26,097 bases of DNA from a virus, in the UHGV virus genome UHGV-0386553. One strand, given 5' to 3'. Of this stretch, positions 1 through 5,152 are shown piece by piece. Under the pieces are notes generated by a model, which saw nothing but the letters and a program-made list of their open reading frames with translations, did no database searches and had not been told where the DNA came from. The position numbers were made by a program, and so were the translations under genes. The first letter of the stretch is position 1. The number at the start of each line of letters is the position of its first letter.

Positions 1-683
1 GTATAATATGAGTTAAAAACAGCGGCATTTTTGCCTTTGGATATCAACTCCTTAATCATAAAAATATTATCTTCGTAATCAAAAGGAGAAATTATATCCC
101 TCATTTTGCTTTGAAATGTTCGTTGTCTTGCCCCGCTTCCTGACGGTATAAACCAACCAAAACCACCAACAACTCCGGCGATTGCAGCATCGACATAATT
201 ACGCATTGAGCGATTATTTACAGCATCCTGCTCAAGTGATGGATCTGCAAGGTTAGAAATTCTGTTTTGCTTTGCATCGTAATATTTTGCAAGCAAAGAT
301 GGTTTCATCAATGCACGTCTGAACCACCCAAAACATTGCTGGATCAGCATCGTCAGGTAGTCAAAAGCATCTTCATGCACTTCGGGGAAAAATTTTCCCT
401 GATTGCGAAGGTCTGTCTCCTGCACTACATCAAGCACACGATCTATCGTAATTCGCCATCCAGCAGCAAGCGGAGACGGAAGAACAACAGAACCGCCACT
501 ATAAGTGCCCGCCCCAGTTACCGTATAACCGGTATCCAGAACCAATTCTGTTACGTTCCCGTTCAGGTCAGACACCTGAACAACCAGGTCGGATTTTTTG
601 AAAATACGGAAGGTATACGGAAATGATGTCGTAACGCCGTTACCTGTGTATTCGTTGTGGTCAACTTCGGTTGAGACCGTCAT
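1..683 (-). CDS. Tail fibre / tailspike protein, N-terminal part; gene continues beyond the left edge of the window
   Basis: Manual reverse-strand translation from ATG at 681-683 (GGAG 8 nt upstream) gives MTVSTEVDHNEYTGNGVTTSFPYTFRIFKKSDLVVQV..., open to position 1. The pattern resembles the conserved N-terminal virion-attachment domain of podovirus tail fibres (T7 gp17-like). Absent from the ORF track because no stop lies in the window. Confidence 0.65.
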   Translation of the reverse strand, partial: MTVSTEVDHNEYTGNGVTTSFPYTFRIFKKSDLVVQVSDLNGNVTELVLDTGYTVTGAGTYSGGSVVLPSPLAAGWRITIDRVLDVVQETDLRNQGKFFPEVHEDAFDYLTMLIQQCFGWFRRALMKPSLLAKYYDAKQNRISNLADPSLEQDAVNNRSMRNYVDAAIAGVVGGFGWFIPSGSGARQRTFQSKMRDIISPFDYEDNIFMIKELISKGKNAAVFNSYY

Positions 684-786
684 GTTAAATCTCCAGATAG
701 TCGCAGCACCCGTTGCGCCGCATATCTGGCTATTCTATTACCTGAAAAACCACATATGGATAGAAATACTGTGAATACGAATAGAT

Positions 787-803
787 ATTACCTTTCAGGT
801 AAT
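787..803. promoter_or_regulatory. Operator-like inverted repeat, copy 1 (ATTACC-TTTCA-GGTAAT)
   Basis: Perfect 6-5-6 inverted repeat, about 90 nt upstream of the ORF starting at 879. One of five related copies in the window. Confidence 0.55.
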
Positions 804-839
804 TTGCAAAACGTGCTGGATAGCAAACAAATTATTTGT

Positions 840-859
840 TACTGTATAAATATACAGTT
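840..859 (+). promoter_or_regulatory. LexA (SOS) box
   Basis: tACTGTATAAATATACAGtt is CTGT-N8-ACAG and matches the E. coli LexA consensus TACTGTATATATATACAGTA at 18 of 20 positions. It lies 20 nt upstream of the ATG at 879, overlapping the likely promoter. Confidence 0.7.
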
Positions 860-878
860 ATTGCATGGAGAAGATAAG

Positions 879-1136
879 ATGCAGCAGTATCACTATCCAC
901 TGGAAGACGGATTTACCGAAAGGATTCACACGCCGGGAGGCGTCAGGTCACTGGTGGAGGGATCGCACTTGATGAAATTACTCCGGGATCTCGATAAGGA
1001 TGGATTTAATGTCGATGGCCCACTTGCCGAACTGACTGCACTGATTAACTACGTCACCAGCTCACAGATGTCTATGCGGGATCTGCAAACACATCTCGAC
1101 TATTGTGCCGAACAATTACGAAAGCAAACCACATAA
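879..1136 (+). CDS. Small protein (85 aa) homologous to the C-terminal domain of the Bro-N protein; candidate SOS-controlled antirepressor
   Basis: ATG at 879 with GGAG 8 nt upstream. The track ORF 756..1136 is shortened because the LexA box lies inside the longer frame. Product MQQYHYPLEDGFTERIHTPGGVRSLVEGSHLMKLLRDLDKDGFNVDGPLAELT...RDLQTH aligns by eye with residues about 150-220 of the Bro-N protein (roughly 40 percent identity). Confidence 0.6.
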   Translation: MQQYHYPLEDGFTERIHTPGGVRSLVEGSHLMKLLRDLDKDGFNVDGPLAELTALINYVTSSQMSMRDLQTHLDYCAEQLRKQTT

Positions 1137-1158
1137 AGAAAAGGCCGCAAGAGCGGCC
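1133..1158 (-). terminator. Intrinsic terminator for the leftward two-gene operon
   Basis: GGCCGC-AAGA-GCGGCC perfect 6-bp stem at 1143-1158; on the minus strand it is followed by TTTTCTTT. It sits between the convergent genes 879..1136 and 1160..1666. Confidence 0.55.
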
Positions 1159-1159
1159 A

Positions 1160-1666
1160 TTAACAGTCGAAAAATTCTGGGTCCCACAAACTTGCATCGC
1201 GCGGCATGGATTCTAACTTTTTCAGCCGCAAAATTCTGTCACACTCGACAACTAATTTTTGCTTCTGCTCGTCAATTTCTACTGTCTTATGTGCTGGTTC
1301 ATCCCAATAATCCAGAAGGAAGGCATGGCGTTCAGATGTGACCAGATAAATCACATACACGTCACTGGTTGGGATCTTTTTATGCTTGTTAGTGGTCTTG
1401 TCTTTCTTCCCAGACGCCCAGTTTTTCCAGCATTGTTCCGTACCGCTCTCACCAAACTTGTCAGTATAGTTTCCGATGTTTACATGAACGTGGCGTATGT
1501 GATATTCCAGCATCTCTTTCGGTGGATCCCGAAACAGAGTGTCCTTTCCGAAATCCTTATGATGACCGTAGCGCCAGTGATCTATGAACGCGTTTTTGAT
1601 AGGTATTAGCTCAGGGTCCTTCCCAAAAATTCCAGGGTGAACCAACCCCTGGAATTTATTCGGCAT
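1160..1666 (-). CDS. YafO-like toxin-domain protein (168 aa); putative toxin
   Basis: Track ORF 1160..1729; preferred start is the ATG at 1664-1666 (GGAG 10 nt upstream), which overlaps the last codons of the upstream gene. Motifs FGKDTLFRD, HIRHVHVNIGN and YVIYLVTSERHAFLLDYWDEPAHK recall E. coli YafO (FGRDALYDD, AHIHLAN, HLVYCQGAFDEQAWLLIAILKPEPHK). Comparison is from memory. Confidence 0.55.
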   Translation of the reverse strand: MPNKFQGLVHPGIFGKDPELIPIKNAFIDHWRYGHHKDFGKDTLFRDPPKEMLEYHIRHVHVNIGNYTDKFGESGTEQCWKNWASGKKDKTTNKHKKIPTSDVYVIYLVTSERHAFLLDYWDEPAHKTVEIDEQKQKLVVECDRILRLKKLESMPRDASLWDPEFFDC

Positions 1667-2183
1667 CGTCGTAGAGCTCCTGAGCCATATCTTCAGCAGT
1701 GCGTGCAAACATCCTGCGCGAGATTGCATGGGATTTCTCTACGGACATCTTTGGGACCTCATACATAACAAGTTGATGAGTTTTCTCATCAACTTGAAGT
1801 GGCTTGTATAAACGTTGCCACCTTTCGTTAATTTTATCCTTAAAGCCAGCGAAACCACTTTCCTGACTCTTGTATCCAAAATGAGATAAAGCCAAATTCC
1901 TTTCCATTTCATTCCTAATGTACTCAGCAAGGTTGCAGTGGAATACTTCCCCTTGTTTTTTTAGGCATGCTTCATGGTCTGTAACACTGTGACGGCTCTC
2001 ATATAAGTAAATGCGATAGGAATTTTTATTATCCTCTTCTTCATAATTTCTAATCGCATCAGCAGTTGCCATAGCTGCAGCGTAAGCGGCTGCTTCAATC
2101 ACCATCTCTTGCTCTTTTTCTTTTTCAGGCCTTTTCAAGGCAAAGCGTCTATGCCTCATCGCTGTAACTCTCTTCGTGTTCAT
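1656..2183 (-). CDS. Hypothetical protein (175 aa), basic N-terminus and acidic C-terminus; putative partner or antitoxin of the downstream YafO-like gene
   Basis: Track ORF 1656..2195 starts at TTG; the ATG at 2181-2183 gives MNTKRVTAMRH... Its 3' end overlaps the downstream start (ATGCCGAATAA). The C-terminus is acidic (ELYDDAE). No family recognised. Confidence 0.55.
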   Translation of the reverse strand: MNTKRVTAMRHRRFALKRPEKEKEQEMVIEAAAYAAAMATADAIRNYEEEDNKNSYRIYLYESRHSVTDHEACLKKQGEVFHCNLAEYIRNEMERNLALSHFGYKSQESGFAGFKDKINERWQRLYKPLQVDEKTHQLVMYEVPKMSVEKSHAISRRMFARTAEDMAQELYDDAE

Positions 2184-2195
2184 GGGCACCCCCAA

Positions 2196-2210
2196 CTACC
2201 TTTAGGGTAA
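2196..2210. promoter_or_regulatory. Operator-like inverted repeat, copy 5, degenerate (CTACC-TTTAG-GGTAA)
   Basis: Lies between the predicted -10 and the start codon of the leftward operon. Confidence 0.4.
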
Positions 2211-2212
2211 AC

Positions 2213-2242
2213 ATTCTATCGAAAGTATACGCTCACTGGCAA
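2213..2242 (-). promoter_or_regulatory. Sigma70-like promoter of the two-gene operon
   Basis: Minus-strand reading: TTGCCA (2242-2237), 18-nt spacer, TAGAAT (2218-2213), about 30 nt upstream of the ATG at 2183. Confidence 0.45.
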
Positions 2243-2319
2243 AAAAATAGGCAGGTATTTTCTGAAATGGGATCAATCAAACCACATAGGGTTGAAATGA
2301 CGTGAGTTATGCATTTATT

Positions 2320-2336
2320 ATTACCTTTACGGTAAA
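2320..2336. promoter_or_regulatory. Operator-like inverted repeat, copy 2 (ATTACC-TTTAC-GGTAAA)
   Basis: Inverted repeat in the divergent region between the leftward operon and the Bro-N gene. A possible rightward promoter TTGAAA (2292-2297)-N18-TATTAT (2316-2321) overlaps it. Confidence 0.5.
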
Positions 2337-2369
2337 TTTACATCGCACTCCTCTTGTGCCATAGTAATC

Positions 2370-2391
2370 GGGCACTGGCAAAATCCAGTGC
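2370..2391. promoter_or_regulatory. Perfect 8-bp-stem hairpin (GGCACTGG-CAAAAT-CCAGTGCC) of unknown role
   Basis: Seen directly; it has no flanking T-tract on either strand, so it is not a typical terminator. The motif CACTGGCAAAA recurs at 2233-2243. Confidence 0.35.
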
Positions 2392-2602
2392 CGGGATTGG
2401 CGTTCCGGATTACTACAGAGGCACATATGCCGCATAAGCGGTTTTTTTATGTGTAAAGCGCACCTATTCTATGGTGGGCTGTGTGGGGGCACCGAAAGGT
2501 GCGCCGGGTTCCTTTGTAGCCGGTTACGCCAACCCTGCACAGTTCACCACCAACCGATTGGCGTCGGTAGTGGTGATTAACCTAACTACAAAGGTGATCA
2601 CT

Positions 2603-3289
2603 ATGACTGCTAACGTAACCCCATCTGTTTTTCATTTTGAATCAGAAGCAACCATTCGAGCCATTGTTATTGATGGAAATCCTTGGTTTGTTGCCAAAGA
2701 CGTTATTAAAGCTCTTCAACTGACAAACCCCACTATGTCAATAAAATCTCTTGATGATGATGAAAGGGCTAAATTTAACTTAGGCCGTCAAGGCGAAACC
2801 AATATTATCAACGAGTCAGGCCTCTACACACTGATCCTCCGCTGCCGCGACGCAGTGACACCAGGCACTATCCCCTACCGCTTTCGTAAATGGGTTACAG
2901 GTGAGGTTCTTCCTCAGATCCGTCGCACCGGAAGTTACATTAAAAACTCGCTCCCGCAGGAAGAACGCATAAAGATGGTTGCCGACCAGGTAGCCAACGC
3001 CACGGCGTCAGCAGTAATGCAGGCGATGAAGATAGAGAACAAAACCTACAGCGCCCCGCTGAAGCCCGGCTACCGCAGCCTGATTCATTCGCCGTCTGGT
3101 GTTCTCGGCCTGACGGAGAACTCACTGCTGATGAATCTGCTGAACCAGTTACAGGAAGACGGGCACGACGTATCGGGCGCGGCGGCGGAGCTGACCACCA
3201 TGTTCTGTTACATCGTTGGTGTGAGCAAATGCCTGCGTGATATCCAGACGCACGCGGAGTACATCAACGACAAGGCAGGGTTCTTCTGA
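2603..3289 (+). CDS. Bro-N domain protein (228 aa), antirepressor-like
   Basis: ATG at 2603 with AAGGTG RBS; the track ORF starts at 2471 but the upstream part is GC-rich leader. N-terminus VFHFESEATIRAIVIDGNPWFVAKDVIKALQL...NESGLYTLILRCR matches the Bro-N signature (F.F....R.....G..WF.A.DV...L; NESGLY.LIL). The C-terminal domain is paralogous to the product of 879..1136. Confidence 0.7.
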   Translation: MTANVTPSVFHFESEATIRAIVIDGNPWFVAKDVIKALQLTNPTMSIKSLDDDERAKFNLGRQGETNIINESGLYTLILRCRDAVTPGTIPYRFRKWVTGEVLPQIRRTGSYIKNSLPQEERIKMVADQVANATASAVMQAMKIENKTYSAPLKPGYRSLIHSPSGVLGLTENSLLMNLLNQLQEDGHDVSGAAAELTTMFCYIVGVSKCLRDIQTHAEYINDKAGFF

Positions 3290-3296
3290 CGGCGGC

Positions 3297-3320
3297 GGCA
3301 CAGGGACGTGCCTTTAAATA
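3297..3320 (+). terminator. Weak terminator-like hairpin after the Bro-N gene
   Basis: GGCAC-AGGGAC-GTGCC followed by TTTAAATAATT. Short stem. Confidence 0.3.
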
Positions 3321-3332
3321 ATTCTGTACAGA

Positions 3333-3361
3333 TTGCAGACTGTGGGTGAATAGCGTACTAT
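3333..3361 (+). promoter_or_regulatory. Sigma70-like promoter of the 55-aa / 147-aa cassette
   Basis: TTGCAG (3333-3338), 17-nt spacer, TACTAT (3356-3361); operator copy 3 starts at the end of the -10. Confidence 0.45.
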
Positions 3362-3376
3362 TACCTTAAAGGTAAA
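3360..3376. promoter_or_regulatory. Operator-like inverted repeat, copy 3 (ATTACC-TTAAA-GGTAAA)
   Basis: Overlaps the -10/+1 region and abuts the AGGAGG RBS of the ORF starting at 3388. Confidence 0.55.
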
Positions 3377-3387
3377 GGAGGCGCGAT

Positions 3388-3555
3388 ATGACAGCGTTGA
3401 AAAATCGTACTCAGCACAATGAACAAGCCAAGCAATGCTGGGATGTCATTGGAAAAGTTATGCTTGGCCGCGCAAGCAAAGAGCGCGACAAGGATATGGT
3501 TTACCAGACAGGAACATCTTTCAGCGACTTCAAGGCGGCATTTCGCTCCAAATAG
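3388..3555 (+). CDS. Small hypothetical protein (55 aa)
   Basis: ATG at 3388 preceded by AAGGAGG at optimal spacing; manual translation MTALKNRTQHNEQAKQCWDVIGKVMLGRASKERDKDMVYQTGTSFSDFKAAFRSK, stop TAG at 3553-3555. Below the size cut-off of the ORF track. Confidence 0.45.
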   Translation: MTALKNRTQHNEQAKQCWDVIGKVMLGRASKERDKDMVYQTGTSFSDFKAAFRSK

Positions 3556-3575
3556 AAGCACATCAGGAGTTTTCC

Positions 3576-4016
3576 TTGAAGTTTAACATTAGAATATCTA
3601 ATAGTTTTCTACATGGGGAAAGCAACACCCCTTTCGCTGTAGACGGACCTTTCCTTACTGATGATGAAATAAAAATCATACAAAGTTTTTTAGAGGATGT
3701 TGCCAATGGAAGGGCGCTTGTTGGAAAAAACAAGCCCTCGTGGGTTGATGATAACCATGATAAAATTCCCGGCTCAGACAATTATGAGCAAGAGAATTAT
3801 TGGCATTATCATTGTGGGCCAACATGGTATCCAAACACATTTAAGAATTATACCATTAACTTAAATTTCAACCCTGGCGGAAGGCATTCTAATGAATGCA
3901 TTCATTATGCAAAAAATGATAATGAAATTGTCATTGTTGGATTTTCAAGAGAACACATACCTTTCCTTTCATCAGATGGAAACAACAATCCGCTTTTTAA
4001 TGATGAAGAAGAATAG
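3576..4016 (+). CDS. Hypothetical protein (about 146 aa), AT-rich
   Basis: Track ORF 3435..4016 overlaps the 55-aa ORF in another frame. Preferred start is TTG at 3576 with AGGAG 7 nt upstream; no in-frame ATG exists. A strong terminator follows. Sequence ...WHYHCGPTWYPNTFKNY...; no family recognised. Confidence 0.45.
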   Translation: MKFNIRISNSFLHGESNTPFAVDGPFLTDDEIKIIQSFLEDVANGRALVGKNKPSWVDDNHDKIPGSDNYEQENYWHYHCGPTWYPNTFKNYTINLNFNPGGRHSNECIHYAKNDNEIVIVGFSREHIPFLSSDGNNNPLFNDEEE

Positions 4017-4038
4017 CCCGCGCTGCGGGCTTTTTTGT
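4016..4038 (+). terminator. Rho-independent terminator
   Basis: GCCCGC-GCT-GCGGGC stem followed by TTTTTTGT, immediately after the stop at 4014-4016. Confidence 0.75.
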
Positions 4039-4108
4039 GGGCGAAACAAAAGTCAGTGCTACACTCATTGACGCCACATTGAGGTGGCTTATAGATGGAA
4101 ATTTCACA

Positions 4109-4270
4109 ATGAAAAAAGCATTTGCTGCACTGTTCGTTTTGTTGTCTCTGGTAGCTTCAACTCAGGCCTTTGCCGGTCGTTGTCAGCACGACAGCGACAC
4201 TGCTGCTGACGGCTCCCGCTGCGGTGGGCGTTCTGCGGATTCCCGCCCTGGCGGCGGTGGCATTCGTTAA
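4109..4270 (+). CDS. Small predicted secreted peptide (53 aa; signal peptide plus about 31-aa Gly/Cys-containing mature part)
   Basis: Track ORF 4037..4270 begins inside the terminator T-tract. The ATG at 4109 gives MKKAFAALFVLLSLVASTQAFA followed by GRCQHDSDTAADGSRCGGRSADSRPGGGGIR; a terminator hairpin follows. Possible promoter TTGACG (4068-4073)-N16-TATAGA. Weak RBS. Confidence 0.3.
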   Translation: MKKAFAALFVLLSLVASTQAFAGRCQHDSDTAADGSRCGGRSADSRPGGGGIR

Positions 4271-4276
4271 AAACAA

Positions 4277-4300
4277 GGCCGCGAAAGCGGCCTGTTTGAT
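4277..4300. terminator. Hairpin terminator between convergent genes
   Basis: GGCCGC-GAAA-GCGGCC perfect stem (4277-4292) followed by TGTTTGAT on the plus strand and preceded by AAAACAA; lies between the ORF ending at 4270 (+) and the ORF ending at 4300 (-). Confidence 0.6.
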
Positions 4301-5151
4301 CACTGTGCAGTTTTCGCTGATCGATTTTCAGCTCTAAATTCAAGAACCGTTTCAATATTTCTTTCCTTCAGCATATCAATAACATTTTTATTCATTTGAC
4401 TATCACTGGTTAATAACTGGTAAACGTTGCTTCTCTCTTTATCAGAGTTTTCTTTAACAGCTGCTTTGCATGCCAAATGCTTATTGAAATTTTCTACATC
4501 GCTAGTACAGGAATTTACGGCTGCTGATGAAATATCAGACGCTGAAGAAACACCATCATCCAAACGTTTTATAGCATTTTCTATACATGAGTTAAGGGAA
4601 TAAACGACAACTGAGCGATACCCTTCAGACGCACACCATTCTAAATTTCTTGAAGGATCGAGTGGTTTTACTTCGCTGGATTGAATTAACTTGTCAAAAA
4701 CTGACTTATATTCAATCTGTTTTTTATCTATAGCCCATACTTCAGTAGCTGATTTATAATTCCCCGTATGCCTATTAACATCAAATCCATGTTTTATAAG
4801 CAAATCTGCCCATGAAAGATTTATTGATTCATTGTTATGAGGCCATTTTCCTGTCAGAACCGCCCCCATAGACCCCATATATCCGCCATATGATGGTATA
4901 GCACCATGGCTCAGTAACTTCTCAGCAACCACAGGGCAATTAATTACATAAGAGGCGTAAAGCCCATTCCATAAAGCCCCTCTATAGTAATCGCCACGAT
5001 TAGGTTCTTTTAAGTCGATAGCCTTTGATAATTGTTCACACGTTTTGCATGCATCAAAGTTATCCTTATTGCATTGCAATGAACTGGCAGCTGTAGGATT
5101 TACAGAGACTATTGAAAGCACTATGCCAAAAAACAAATTTATTTTTTTCAT
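4300..5151 (-). CDS. Secreted or periplasmic protein (283 aa) with N-terminal Sec signal peptide; possible ankyrin-like repeats
   Basis: N-terminus MKKINLFFGIVLSIVSVNPTAASS is a typical signal peptide. Its ATG lies 1 nt after the stop of the 1129-aa gene (TAGGATG). AT-rich compared with the structural genes. Segments LLSHGA.. and ADLLIKHGFDVN loosely resemble ankyrin repeats (weak). Confidence 0.65.
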   Translation of the reverse strand: MKKINLFFGIVLSIVSVNPTAASSLQCNKDNFDACKTCEQLSKAIDLKEPNRGDYYRGALWNGLYASYVINCPVVAEKLLSHGAIPSYGGYMGSMGAVLTGKWPHNNESINLSWADLLIKHGFDVNRHTGNYKSATEVWAIDKKQIEYKSVFDKLIQSSEVKPLDPSRNLEWCASEGYRSVVVYSLNSCIENAIKRLDDGVSSASDISSAAVNSCTSDVENFNKHLACKAAVKENSDKERSNVYQLLTSDSQMNKNVIDMLKERNIETVLEFRAENRSAKTAQ

Positions 5152-5152
5152 C

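Noticed and set aside
267-626. Plus-strand ORF of 119 aa
   Set aside because: Lies antisense inside the minus-strand tail-fibre coding region, which has a recognisable conserved N-terminal motif and a proper RBS; the plus-strand product is low-complexity and unlike any protein.
756-878. 5' extension of the ORF 756..1136 (start at 756)
   Set aside because: The LexA box and operator lie inside this extension and a GGAG RBS precedes the ATG at 879; the N-terminal 41 residues are more likely untranslated leader.
1105-1609. Plus-strand ORFs 1105..1341 and 1259..1609
   Set aside because: Antisense shadow ORFs within the minus-strand YafO-like gene; the first also runs through the terminator hairpin.
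1739-1930. Minus-strand 63-aa ORF nested in the 175-aa gene
   Set aside because: Alternative frame inside a longer, better-supported ORF.
2471-2602. Upstream extension of the Bro-N ORF from the first in-frame ATG
   Set aside because: The Bro-N signature begins right after the ATG at 2603, which has an AAGGTG RBS; the extension is GC-rich, encodes a low-complexity peptide and contains a hairpin.
3435-3575. N-terminal part of the track ORF 3435..4016
   Set aside because: Overlaps, in another frame, the 55-aa ORF that has a near-perfect RBS; a TTG start at 3576 with an AGGAG RBS explains the downstream frame better.
4104-4355. Minus-strand 83-aa ORF
   Set aside because: Spans the bidirectional terminator hairpin and is antisense to the signal-peptide ORF; Arg/Gln-rich junk-like product.
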